From: an uncultured virus (IMG/VR IMGVR_UViG_2579779168_000001)
Lineage: Duplodnaviria; Heunggongvirae; Uroviricota; Caudoviricetes
IMG/VR virus record: IMGVR_UViG_2579779168_000001
Direction: 5' to 3' (one strand)
Length of the DNA stretch: 64,000 nt
Positions 9,062 through 18,066 of this stretch are shown here, piece by piece. Below the pieces are notes generated by a model. That model was given only the letters and a program-made list of their open reading frames with translations. It was not told where the DNA came from and ran no database searches. Made by a program: the position numbers and the translations under genes. Position 1 is the stretch's first letter, and every line of letters begins with the position of its first letter.

Positions 9062-9754
9062 TCAGAACAGATCATCCTTGAAGGGCTCGATGGTTCTCGG
9101 ATCGTCGTCGCCTTCGCCGGCCTTGTTCACGCGCTTCGAGACGATCCACTCGCCCAGCTCCCGCGGCGGCTGCTTCAGCAACTCCATTCCACCCGAGCCG
9201 TCGAGCCAGGCGTCGAAGTCCTGCTTCAGTAGCATGCACGGCATCCGGTCGTGATACTGCGCCGTCCAGGCATTGGCCTCCCGCACGATCATGGTGCAGG
9301 TCGTGATCTCTTCGCCGCTCTCCGGATCGCGGAAACGCTCGTAGAGCCCAGCGAAGGCCAGCAGATCGCCATCGGCCGCGGAGAAGAAGTGTGGCACCCG
9401 GTCCTTCTTCTCACCCGTCCATTCGAAGAAGCCGCTGGCAGGGATGATGCAGCGCCGGCTCTTATAGGCATGCTTGAAAGTGCCGCTGGTATCGACCGTC
9501 TCGACCTTGGCGTTGAAGGTTGAGAGCTTGAAATCCTTGAGCCCGCCCTTGTGCCAGCCGGGGATCAGCCCCCAGCGCGCCTCTCGCAGCTCGCGGCCGG
9601 TCTCGCCCTTCACGATGATGTGGATCAAGGTCGTGGGAGCGATGTTGTAGCGCGGCTGCAGATTGCCCTTCTCGGCCGGCAGCTTGTTCGTCAGCGGCTG
9701 GCTGAAGGCGACGATCTCGCCCCAACTATAGGCCTGCGAAAAACGCCCGCACAT
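9062..9754 (-). CDS. SOS response-associated peptidase (SRAP/YedK family, abasic-site processing)
   Basis: MCGRF N-terminus, RYNIAPT, RCIIPASGFFEW and HDRMP motifs. Confidence 0.95.
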   Translation of the reverse strand: MCGRFSQAYSWGEIVAFSQPLTNKLPAEKGNLQPRYNIAPTTLIHIIVKGETGRELREARWGLIPGWHKGGLKDFKLSTFNAKVETVDTSGTFKHAYKSRRCIIPASGFFEWTGEKKDRVPHFFSAADGDLLAFAGLYERFRDPESGEEITTCTMIVREANAWTAQYHDRMPCMLLKQDFDAWLDGSGGMELLKQPPRELGEWIVSKRVNKAGEGDDDPRTIEPFKDDLF

Positions 9755-9826
9755 GAACGCCACCCTTTCCCAACGCGCTGGCGCCGCGTCGTCCGTTGTC
9801 GAGACGGCCCATGAGGCCTCCCGGCC

Positions 9827-10195
9827 TCAGCTTACCGCAGCTTCCGCCTTTGGAAACAGGTGGAGGACATAGCGCTCCGGCCTATTGGACTGCCATCCGG
9901 CGCAACAGGCCTCGATCGCGGCGCGCTCCGCCTCCTCCCAGACATGCATGTGCTCGATCGCCTCGGACGGCACCTTATCCACCCATCCCAGGTCATCGGC
10001 ACTCTCAAGTTCGCAGATCGCCCAGTACGCCTTGCCGGCTGTCACGCCCGCTTTCTCGAAAACCGCCTGCGCGGCCGCGAGGCCACGGCTGGTTTCCTCC
10101 GGGCTCGCGCCTTCAATCTGCAGATAGACGCTCCTAGTCGCCTCCAATGCGGCGGCGGTTCGGCTCTCCGGGTTGCTCAGATGGAAGTTGGTCAT
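9827..10195 (-). CDS. Hypothetical protein
   Basis: ORF with GGAGGG RBS in the LexA-boxed operon. Confidence 0.65.
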   Translation of the reverse strand: MTNFHLSNPESRTAAALEATRSVYLQIEGASPEETSRGLAAAQAVFEKAGVTAGKAYWAICELESADDLGWVDKVPSEAIEHMHVWEEAERAAIEACCAGWQSNRPERYVLHLFPKAEAAVS

Positions 10196-10508
10196 CCTTC
10201 CCTCCTTCGATCAGGGTGAGCCCGGTCATGCTGGGGGGCAGATCGGGCGGTGAGGTCCGGCCGATATCGGGACAGTAGGCTCCGCACTTCCTGCCGTATT
10301 TCTGCGGCTTTCGGGCCGGGTTGTGCGGGTCCCATGGGCAGCGAGACATGAAGATGGCGACGATCTGAGCGAGTGTCGCGCCCGCTCCATAGTGCCAGGA
10401 CAGGACCGCGAGGCGGGCGTCGCCCTTGCGCTGGCAGAAGTGGCAGCGAAGGCGCACGAGGATCCACGGAAAATCCCGCAGCTCGGTCTTGTCGTTCGGG
10501 GGCTCCAT
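10134..10508 (-). CDS. Cys-rich Zn-ribbon-like hypothetical protein
   Basis: RLRCHFCQRKG...RCPW...CGAYCPD. Confidence 0.7.
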   Translation of the reverse strand: MEPPNDKTELRDFPWILVRLRCHFCQRKGDARLAVLSWHYGAGATLAQIVAIFMSRCPWDPHNPARKPQKYGRKCGAYCPDIGRTSPPDLPPSMTGLTLIEGGKDDQLPSEQPGEPNRRRIGGD

Positions 10509-10511
10509 AGC

Positions 10512-10739
10512 TCATTCGGTCTCGCGAACTGGCCGCGCTCCCTGCGAAAACAGCCCACGCAGATAGCCTCGCGATGTCGAGCGGTCGGCATCCGCCAGCA
10601 GGATGATGAAGTCATGAGCCAAGGCGCGTAGGGCAGCGGCCTCGCTGCCGTGCTCCTCCATCAGCATGGAAACAATGCCCGTGATTTCCGCGTCCAGCGT
10701 TGTGTCTTCGACATGTTGGTCGGCTGGCTGGGCTGACAT
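10512..10739 (-). CDS. Small hypothetical protein, first gene behind the LexA box
   Basis: GAGGA RBS; contains DADRSTSRGYLRG. Confidence 0.7.
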   Translation of the reverse strand: MSAQPADQHVEDTTLDAEITGIVSMLMEEHGSEAAALRALAHDFIILLADADRSTSRGYLRGLFSQGARPVRETE

Positions 10740-10760
10740 GGCTTGCGTCCTCGTGTATGA

Positions 10761-10775
10761 GAACATTATGAGAAC
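10761..10775. promoter_or_regulatory. Alphaproteobacterial LexA (SOS) box
   Basis: GAAC-ATTATGA-GAAC (GAAC-N7-GAAC) overlapping a leftward promoter with a TTGACT -35. Confidence 0.85.
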
Positions 10776-10798
10776 AAACAGCACCGGGGAGTCAAGCC

Positions 10799-11050
10799 AT
10801 GAACGTCGACACCTTCTTTCTCCAGCCCTTCAAGACGCACCGAAAGAGGCTCGTTCCGAGCCAGCGCGTGCCGGCGAAAACGAAGCATCACGCGCTGAAT
10901 GAAGGGGAACGCCTGGGGCGCACGGCCGAAGGCGTCGCCGTTGTCCATGTCGTCGCAGATGATGAGACCGGCGAAGTCGCGTCGATCGATGTCCTCGCCC
11001 GCCATGGTGCCATCCCGGAGGAGTTCGAGGAGCAGATCCGCGCGCTATGA
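10799..11050 (+). CDS. Hypothetical protein
   Basis: GGGGAG RBS; 83-aa ORF. Confidence 0.7.
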   Translation: MNVDTFFLQPFKTHRKRLVPSQRVPAKTKHHALNEGERLGRTAEGVAVVHVVADDETGEVASIDVLARHGAIPEEFEEQIRAL

Positions 11051-11337
11051 AACGCAACCCGCGGCGCGCCTATGACAAGGATGGCAGGGAAATTCCGCCC
11101 GCCACCGTTGGTAGCCGCCTCGCTTTGGGCCTGCGCTGTGTCGAGATTTTCTGCAACGAGTGCAAGCACAACAAGAACGGCATCGACGTGAGCGACCTGC
11201 CGCCCGAAACGCCGATCCCGGATATTTACCTCCGCTATATCTGCTCCCGCTGCGGCTCGAAGAATCTCATAAGCCGGGGCGATACGCATGAGTTCTATGA
11301 GCAGATCGATAAGCGCCGAAGGGAACGATCGGATTAG
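11047..11337 (+). CDS. Zn-ribbon protein
   Basis: CNEC...CSRCGS; ATGA overlap. Confidence 0.75.
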   Translation: MKRNPRRAYDKDGREIPPATVGSRLALGLRCVEIFCNECKHNKNGIDVSDLPPETPIPDIYLRYICSRCGSKNLISRGDTHEFYEQIDKRRRERSD

Positions 11338-11354
11338 GCGCCGGTTGATGCTCA

Positions 11355-11771
11355 ATGGGCCGCCTCGTCATCCGCAATAAGCAGGATTTGGCCGCTGCGC
11401 TGGAGCGGGCCGACGAATTGATGGGCTGCACGACCGACAGCGACGAAGAACGCGAGATTGCGGCGATCGCGGATGCTGTCGAGACCTATCTGCAATCCAT
11501 CAGCGTGGCCGGCAAGGCGTCAGAGGGATCGCACATGGAACCCGAAGAACCGATTTCCAACGGAAGGCAACTCGCGCTTCGCATGCAGAAGGCTTACCCC
11601 GATCAGGATTGGGTGGCCTTGATAGCGGACCGCTCCGGTGAAACGCGGGATAAGATCGAGTGGCATCTGCAGCAGGAGATCGCGCCGACAGGGGCTATAC
11701 TTTTCGCGGCCGGGGAACTGCTCGCCGAAGCACATGAGAAGGAAGCCGGTGAAGGCGAGCCGCCGCTCTAG
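11355..11771 (+). CDS. Hypothetical protein (HigA-like N-terminus)
   Basis: IRNKQDLAAALERADELM...EEREI...VETY. Confidence 0.55.
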   Translation: MGRLVIRNKQDLAAALERADELMGCTTDSDEEREIAAIADAVETYLQSISVAGKASEGSHMEPEEPISNGRQLALRMQKAYPDQDWVALIADRSGETRDKIEWHLQQEIAPTGAILFAAGELLAEAHEKEAGEGEPPL

Positions 11772-12811
11772 CCAGTCGGCATCTCGTAGACCGTCGCCTC
11801 GTCTGCTTCTTCGCGCAGGCCCTTGTAGGAGGCATGACGGAGCTTGCCGTCATCGGTCCAGCCGCGGAACTGGATCTCGGCGACAAGCGCGGGCGTGAGC
11901 CAGCGATAGGAGCGTTTGCGGCCGGTCATGTCGATGGCCGGGCGCGGAATAATGAGCCTGTCCATCGCCTTGCGCAGCGCCGCACCGCTTTCAAAGGTGA
12001 AGCCGGTGCCGACGCCGCCGACATAGACCAGGTGGTCGCCCCGCCTCGCGGCCAGCAGCAGCCGCCCGATTCCGCCCAGGGCGATCGTCGACGGTTCATA
12101 GCCGACGATGACGAAGCTCTCCGACTGGCTGCATTTGATCTTCAGCCAGTCACCACCCCGTCCCGATCGATAGGGCGCATCGCGGCGCTTGGCGATGATG
12201 CCTTCAAGCTTCATCTCGCAGGCGAGCTTGAGGAAGGGAGCGCCATCGGCGTCGATCTCTTCGCTCAACCGGATCGAGCCATGAGGCTCGGCCAGCAGAA
12301 GATCCTCCAGCATCTGGCGCCGTTCGCTCAGCGGCATCGGGCGCAGATCATGGCCGTTCAGATAAAGCAGGTCGAAGGCATAAAAGATTGCCTCCGAGGC
12401 GAAGCGCTTGCCGCCGCGGCCGCCGAGAGCCTTTTGCAGAGCGCCGAAATCGGAAGCGCCGCGCTTGTCGAGCACCACGGCCTCACCGTCGAGGATGGCG
12501 CTTTCCACGCCAAGGCTCAGCGCATCATGCCCGATCGTCGGAAAGCGCGGCGTCCAGTCATGGCCACCGCGCGTGATGATGCGTACCCGGCTTCGCTCGA
12601 TATGGACGGCAAGGCGATAGCCGTCCCATTTCACCTCGAAGGCCCAATCCGGACCGACTGGCGCCCTGGCCTTCAGCAGCGCCAAACAGGGCTCGATGCG
12701 TTCGGGCATCGGATCGGAAAACAGATCGCGGTCAGGTTTCCGGCGCCGGGTGACCGGTCCCTTCACGGTGTCGACACCCGGCCCGGCCCTGAGAACGCGA
12801 CGCGTACCCAT
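11768..12811 (-). CDS. ligD: ATP-dependent DNA ligase (LigD ligase domain only)
   Basis: EVKWDGYR, LDGEAV, AFDLL, EGIIAKR, WLKIK and LRHASY motifs; start uncertain. Confidence 0.92.
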   Translation of the reverse strand: MGTRRVLRAGPGVDTVKGPVTRRRKPDRDLFSDPMPERIEPCLALLKARAPVGPDWAFEVKWDGYRLAVHIERSRVRIITRGGHDWTPRFPTIGHDALSLGVESAILDGEAVVLDKRGASDFGALQKALGGRGGKRFASEAIFYAFDLLYLNGHDLRPMPLSERRQMLEDLLLAEPHGSIRLSEEIDADGAPFLKLACEMKLEGIIAKRRDAPYRSGRGGDWLKIKCSQSESFVIVGYEPSTIALGGIGRLLLAARRGDHLVYVGGVGTGFTFESGAALRKAMDRLIIPRPAIDMTGRKRSYRWLTPALVAEIQFRGWTDDGKLRHASYKGLREEADEATVYEMPTG

Positions 12812-12900
12812 CAACGCAACTCCGCAACGAAACGAGTCGCCAACTAACGGCAAGGCGAATCGTTCCCTAACGGAAGCGCAGGCGGTCAGGCCGGGGTGAG

Positions 12901-13119
12901 CTACGGCGACTTCTCGCGGAATCGCTCGACCGAGCGCCTGACGAGCTCTTTCTCGCTCTGGGCGACGAGAGCGAATGCGGCCACGATATACGCTAGACGC
13001 GCCCGTTCTCGCTCGTGGTCTTCTTCCGGAAATTCTCGCTTCAGTTCCTGCCATGCGGCTTCGAGCGCCCCATGAGCCCGCGCGAGATCGACCGGATCCT
13101 TCAGTGATGAGAACGGCAT
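12901..13119 (-). CDS. Small hypothetical protein
   Basis: MPFSSLKDPVDLARAHGALEAAW... Confidence 0.65.
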   Translation of the reverse strand: MPFSSLKDPVDLARAHGALEAAWQELKREFPEEDHERERARLAYIVAAFALVAQSEKELVRRSVERFREKSP

Positions 13120-13178
13120 ATCCGGCGGCTTAAACGCCCGCGGTGGTCCCGGCAATGAAAAAGGACCCATCCTGCCTC

Positions 13179-13466
13179 TCAGTCAAAGTCTTCGCGGAAG
13201 TCCACGCCAATCAGCTCGAGCGCCCTAAACAGGGTAGTCAGGGTGGGATTTCCGCCATCGCGGATGAAGGCCTTGTAGATAGCTGACCGGCTGAGCCCGG
13301 TCTGCGCCGCGAACTCCTTCACGCCGATCTCAAGGATGACATCGCCAATGGCCTTCGCGATGGCGCGCGGATCGCTGTTCTTGAAGGCAGCCTTGATGTG
13401 AGCGACGCGGCCCTCAGCCGTGTCAAGATCATGCTGGACGAGTGGCCGGGTCGTTTCGGATGCCAT
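13179..13466 (-). CDS. Addiction-module antidote-like HTH protein (orphan)
   Basis: AQTGLSRSAIYKAFIRDGGNPTLTTL. Confidence 0.8.
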   Translation of the reverse strand: MASETTRPLVQHDLDTAEGRVAHIKAAFKNSDPRAIAKAIGDVILEIGVKEFAAQTGLSRSAIYKAFIRDGGNPTLTTLFRALELIGVDFREDFD

Positions 13467-13842
13467 CGGTTGGTCGCGCTGCTTCGATCGGGAAGGCGCT
13501 CAATGCGGAGCGCTGGCGACACGTCAACTCGGCGCGGTCGCCTCGGAACCTCGGGTTTGCGCGCAGAGACCGACCGCAATGCTGCGCCGAAGGTGTCGAA
13601 ATAGGCCTGTGCGGTGCCGCCAATCCAAAGGCGATCCATGATCTCCAACGCGTCATTCAACGCGGATGGAGATGATCATGATGAACCGACGTGCGACTGT
13701 GATCCCGCACCCCACCGACCCCAAAAGGTTCCGGATAATCTGGGACGCTCCAGAGCCCAACGAGGCGCCGGAGATTGAGGTTGAGTTGCTGAGGCCGAAC
13801 GTAACCCGGCCGCCCAGGCGTTCATTGCGCCGGGTCTGAAAC

Positions 13843-13875
13843 AAAAAAAGCCCCGCCAGCCAGAGCTGACGGGGC
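13843..13875 (-). terminator. Rho-independent terminator
   Basis: GCCCCGTCAGC/GCTGGCGGGGC hairpin followed by a T7 tract on the - strand. Confidence 0.75.
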
Positions 13876-13896
13876 CGTTGATCGAAAGAGCCAGCG

Positions 13897-14196
13897 TCAG
13901 GGGTCAACGTGCTCCGGCATCGCCTTCAACTCGTCCTTGGTCCAGTTCGTCACGGCGTGCACGTTTCCGTCTTCATCACGCATAAATTCGAGCTGGTTGA
14001 TCGGTATGGGGACCGGCTTGGTACCGATTCCGAGGAAGCCGCCAACATCGATAATGGCCTGCGCCATTGGGCCGGAGCCGTAGACATGCGAGATCGAGCC
14101 GATTTTTTCGTCGCCCGGCCCATAGATGGTGGCGCCGTCGAGAACGTCGGGCGTCAGGTCGGTCGATGAAAGGCGGGTATGCTGAGAATGATCCAT
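13897..14196 (-). CDS. PRC-barrel domain protein
   Basis: IYGPGDEKIG...IIDVGGFLGIGTKPV...WTKDELKAMPE. Confidence 0.9.
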   Translation of the reverse strand: MDHSQHTRLSSTDLTPDVLDGATIYGPGDEKIGSISHVYGSGPMAQAIIDVGGFLGIGTKPVPIPINQLEFMRDEDGNVHAVTNWTKDELKAMPEHVDP

Positions 14197-14269
14197 CGTC
14201 TCCTCCCAGGGTTGTTTCAGAATTAACGGTCAGAAGACGACCGCGTTCCTCGCAGTGCCGGCTCAAAGC

Positions 14270-14336
14270 AAAAAGGGCCGCCGCTCCCGAAGGAACGACG
14301 GCCCAAGTTCAGGGAGGAAACGCCCAAGGAGGGCCG
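14270..14336 (-). ncRNA. suhB / alpha-r8 (MmgR-like) small RNA
   Basis: CCCTCCTTGGGCGTTTCCTCCCTGAACTT core followed by a GGGCCGTCG...CGGCGGCCC hairpin and T tract. Confidence 0.75.
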
Positions 14337-14377
14337 CCCCTTACGAGGGCGAGGCGATCGGCGGCCGGAGCCGCGAT

Positions 14378-14743
14378 CTATGTTCGGCGCCGGCGCGGCG
14401 CTGGCTTCGTGACCTGCAACTGCTTCAGCATCTCCTGAGCCATGATTTCGGCTCGCCGGACAATCTCGGCGTCCTCAGCGCGCTCCTGGCTGATGGCCAG
14501 CATCTTCTCGAGCGAGACGGCGATGCGCTCCATGATCGCGGTCAGCTTCAATTGCTCGGCGGCCATTTCCTGAAGCGGTCGCATATCTGCGATCGACAGC
14601 CCCGGGATCAATCGATCGCCGGACGGCGTTGTCGGGCTCTTCCGATCCTTCAGGTACTGACGGATCATCACGGCGCCGATGGCAAGGCCAGCGACGAGCG
14701 TGCCGATCGCGTTCTCTGGGGTGATACCTTCAGGGAGAACCAT
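14378..14743 (-). CDS. Lysis-cassette membrane protein (one TM helix plus coiled coil)
   Basis: IGTLVAGLAIGAVMI TM segment; distal position in the lysis cassette. Confidence 0.65.
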   Translation of the reverse strand: MVLPEGITPENAIGTLVAGLAIGAVMIRQYLKDRKSPTTPSGDRLIPGLSIADMRPLQEMAAEQLKLTAIMERIAVSLEKMLAISQERAEDAEIVRRAEIMAQEMLKQLQVTKPAPRRRRT

Positions 14744-15212
14744 CGGCGACGACCCTGTCCATGCTCGCGGCATCCTTGGTCGCGGCGACGATGTTCATCG
14801 CGTCGAGGACAAGAAGGCCGGGATACACAGCAAGGCCAGTCGTCGCCGCATCGGAGGCCAGCAGGCCGAAGGTGATCTGAAGCCAGAGGAAGCAGGACAG
14901 AAACGACGCCAGAGCCCGCACATGCGGCGACCAGCGACCGTACCATGTGCCTGAAAACGTCCCGTTCACGACGAGTGCCAGCAGCCGGAAGACCCCGATC
15001 GCGATGGCGAACCACCCCCAGGTGCTCTCGTTCATCATGGCCGCCATCTGGGCCCAGGCAGGGTTGCCGGCGAAGGTTGGAGCCGGGCCGATCAATATGC
15101 AGCCCCACGCCACCATGATCCCGGCCAGAACCCATTCGGAGCGCCGGGCCGGGAAATGGTCATGGATGCCGAGGTAGATCCGGACCGGAAGCGGGTGATT
15201 GCGGTAGGGCAC
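14730..15212 (-). CDS. Multi-pass membrane protein of the lysis cassette
   Basis: About four hydrophobic segments. Confidence 0.75.
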   Translation of the reverse strand: MPYRNHPLPVRIYLGIHDHFPARRSEWVLAGIMVAWGCILIGPAPTFAGNPAWAQMAAMMNESTWGWFAIAIGVFRLLALVVNGTFSGTWYGRWSPHVRALASFLSCFLWLQITFGLLASDAATTGLAVYPGLLVLDAMNIVAATKDAASMDRVVADGSP

Positions 15213-15222
15213 CGGCCTCCTC

Positions 15223-15486
15223 CTATCCCGCGGTCACGCTCGGGTCTTCCACCTTGCGAGCCATTTCCGGCGTGGTGCGGATCTCGCTCACCTCCGGGAG
15301 TGCGGCGGCCGAGGCGACCAGACCAGCCTTGCGGCGGACATAGAGCCCCCAGACCGTCGGGATCAGCCACATGACGAAGGCGACCACCACCGTCTGCCCC
15401 TGCGCATCGAGCACTCCGTAGGTGCCGAGCGCGGCCGCGGCTGATTGGACGACGGTGCGGATAAGGCTGAGGATCTGTTCGTTCAT
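15223..15486 (-). CDS. Putative holin
   Basis: Small protein with two hydrophobic segments and a basic tail (VRRK), located after the endolysin. Confidence 0.7.
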   Translation of the reverse strand: MNEQILSLIRTVVQSAAAALGTYGVLDAQGQTVVVAFVMWLIPTVWGLYVRRKAGLVASAAALPEVSEIRTTPEMARKVEDPSVTAG

Positions 15487-15489
15487 GGC

Positions 15490-15795
15490 TCAGGCTCCTT
15501 TCTTCGCGGATTCGATCGCCTGCAGCGCCTTCATCGTTTCGCCGATGGCGATAGCGAGATCGGCAGCGGAGCGCGGCGGTTTGGCGCAGAACTGCGCGAG
15601 CACGACCTGTCCCTGCTGCGCGGCGGCGCGCACCCTCTCCGGCGCGAGCAGGTCGACGGTCAGCGCCGCCGTCTGCAGATCGGCGCAGCGGGCGGACAAC
15701 CGATCGCTGACCTGCGCGATCTGGCTGTCCAGCGTCTGGCAGCCGGCAAGCGCCAGAGATCCCAAGGCGACGAGCGCCAGGACGACACGTTTCAT
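15490..15795 (-). CDS. Lipoprotein (spanin-like position)
   Basis: Signal peptide with an LAGC lipobox. Confidence 0.75.
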   Translation of the reverse strand: MKRVVLALVALGSLALAGCQTLDSQIAQVSDRLSARCADLQTAALTVDLLAPERVRAAAQQGQVVLAQFCAKPPRSAADLAIAIGETMKALQAIESAKKGA

Positions 15796-16064
15796 GTGAT
15801 GCTCCGGGGTGATGAGGGTGCGGCAGGCCCGGCCGCTGCGGGATCAAAGGCGCGGCACCGCATTTGCGGAGATGCCGGTCATGTAGACTGGAGTGTTCTC
15901 AGATGACCCAATCGGCTCCACATCGGCACAAGCGAAGCACGGAGAGGCTGAGCTCAGAGGCCGTAGAATTCATGTTCGCCACGGCGCTCGTTGCGACCCA
16001 AATCACCTGGATCGGTGCAATAGCGTTCTGCTTCTGGAAGGCCGTGCAACTGATCGTCAGATGA

Positions 16065-16865
16065 TCAAGCGGTGGCCTTAGCCGCAAAGATAGCCGCCAT
16101 GAACTGGCGATAGAAGCCGGCGATCTCTTCCCAGTGGTCCGTGAGGTTGACCGTGCGGCGCGCGTTCTTCAGGTCATCGGGTCCGGCGTTCGGGAGATAG
16201 AAGGAGATGCCCTTCCCCTGCCCGTTCCATCGGCCGTCAATCAGGCCGGAAAACATGAGCTCGGCAGCGAACTCGGGATCGAGCGCACGATCGGGATCAG
16301 AGGCAATGCCCTCACGGTCGTAATTGTCAAACCAGGTCAATTGAACGATTCCCCGGCCATAATAGACGTGGCCCCACGGCCCGGCTGGCTTGCTGTAGCC
16401 CTTGTCGGGATAGTGCTTGGCCACATAGGCGCGGGCCGCCGCGTCGGTCTTGCAGAAGCCCTCCCGCACCGGCACCATGCCGGAGCCAACCTCGCGCCGC
16501 GCCGTGGCGAGCCCATAGCCCAGCGTCTTGTCGCGGCCATCCCCCGTCTTCGTGAAGCCGTCGAGGATGCCTTCAATGCCTCGGACCTGACCGGGCGAGA
16601 GCGACGTGCCGAACATCGAAGCTTTGCCCGACCTGAGATAGGCAAAGAACTTCGCGCGATCGATGGCCAAGACGCCCTGCGGTCTTCCCGCCGCCGCCGC
16701 GCTCAGCGCTGCAATCGTCTTCGGTCCAACGATCCCGTCGACATGCAGCCCATGTGACACCTGAAACGCCTGAACGGCCGCCTTCGTCGCCGGCCCCGGC
16801 TTGCCGTCAACCACAAGCGAATAGCCGAGCGCGACCAGCGCCCGCTGAACTGCGGTCGTGTCCAT
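16065..16865 (-). CDS. Endolysin: PG-binding domain plus GH19/lysozyme-like domain
   Basis: VDGKPG...FQVSHGLHVDGIVGPKT; YYGRGIVQLTWFDNY; ARRTVN. Confidence 0.9.
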   Translation of the reverse strand: MDTTAVQRALVALGYSLVVDGKPGPATKAAVQAFQVSHGLHVDGIVGPKTIAALSAAAAGRPQGVLAIDRAKFFAYLRSGKASMFGTSLSPGQVRGIEGILDGFTKTGDGRDKTLGYGLATARREVGSGMVPVREGFCKTDAAARAYVAKHYPDKGYSKPAGPWGHVYYGRGIVQLTWFDNYDREGIASDPDRALDPEFAAELMFSGLIDGRWNGQGKGISFYLPNAGPDDLKNARRTVNLTDHWEEIAGFYRQFMAAIFAAKATA

Positions 16866-16929
16866 GAAGTGCTCCGAGCAAAAAGAAACCGCCTCAGAAG
16901 GCGGCTAGACGGGCCAAGCGTTGCGCTGC

Positions 16930-18024
16930 TCAGCTTGCGCCGGATTTGGCCAACAGGCCGGGCTTTGTCGATTTCGCAAAATCGAGAATGCGATCATGCA
17001 CCGGATCGCTGAAATACCGCCGAACGAGCACAGACAGGGCAATGAGCGCCGCGATATAGATCGCTAAAGCGACAAGCGGGTATGCCGAGACGAATGGCGC
17101 GAGTGGCCTGACGATCATGATCAGGCTCACATGGAAGAGATAGAGTTCATAGCTGTTCCGCCCAAGATAGCTCAGTGGGTCAAGCCGCCGTCTTGGCTCG
17201 AAGGTGGAAGCTGCAATGACCAAGCCAGCCGATACACCCATTAAGAACGGGCCAATCGCATAGTGAAATTGCATGCTGACAAATAGATAGGTCAGCAGCA
17301 TCGCCGTCGCGCCGCCCCAGCGGGTCAGAAGCCGGGTCACAGGCGTGAAGAACTGCTGCAGGCGGTTGAAGATGATCGCGACAAAAGCGCCCATCGCGAT
17401 TGCGTCAAAGCAACCGAAGTAATCCCAAGGGGTAAAGTGCAGGCTAGAGCTTGTCGCTCGATAGATGGGTCCGTAGGCAATGATTGAGACGAGCGCTGCC
17501 ACTATTAGGCCGCGCCAAGCAAGGCCGCGGCAAAGAAGCGGATACCAGAGGTAGAACATCTCCTCTATGGCCAGCGACCAGAGGATTAGCCAAGCTGCAA
17601 CGCGATACCCCTCGTGCCAGTGAACGAAGACATTAAAACGGAATGTCAGAGCATACCACGCCATCTTCAGCGTCGACATGTCGTCTGGCACAGCGAGCCC
17701 ATCGACCCCCGATTTGCTGACGGCCACCAAGAAAACAAGGAAGAGCAAGAACAGCGGTAGGATTCTAGCGGCACGCCGCACATAGAAATCCGGAAGCGCG
17801 ACTGCGCCGAGAGCCCCGTTTCGCTTGAGAATATTGGTCGTTATCAGAAAACCGGAGACGACGAAAAAGACGGTGACGCCGTAATATCCGTTGCCTGCTG
17901 GCCCCATGATGGTGACGCCGAAAGGCAGCGTGAGATACTGTCCGTAGTGCAAAGCGATGACGGCGAGGATCGACAGCCCCCTCAACCGTCCTACCGTGAC
18001 ATTGAACATCGCGCCCTCCGCCAA
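16930..18024 (-). CDS. Acyltransferase_3 (OafA-like) O-acyltransferase moron
   Basis: LRGLSILAVIALH, GVTVFFVVSGFLIT, RRAARILP, WSLAIEEMFY, SYELYLFH; ATG at 18009 is a possible start. Confidence 0.92.
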   Translation of the reverse strand: MAEGAMFNVTVGRLRGLSILAVIALHYGQYLTLPFGVTIMGPAGNGYYGVTVFFVVSGFLITTNILKRNGALGAVALPDFYVRRAARILPLFLLFLVFLVAVSKSGVDGLAVPDDMSTLKMAWYALTFRFNVFVHWHEGYRVAAWLILWSLAIEEMFYLWYPLLCRGLAWRGLIVAALVSIIAYGPIYRATSSSLHFTPWDYFGCFDAIAMGAFVAIIFNRLQQFFTPVTRLLTRWGGATAMLLTYLFVSMQFHYAIGPFLMGVSAGLVIAASTFEPRRRLDPLSYLGRNSYELYLFHVSLIMIVRPLAPFVSAYPLVALAIYIAALIALSVLVRRYFSDPVHDRILDFAKSTKPGLLAKSGAS

Positions 18025-18066
18025 GGCGCTGTAGCCCTATGCCCTGCACAAGAGCAACTGTCGCAA

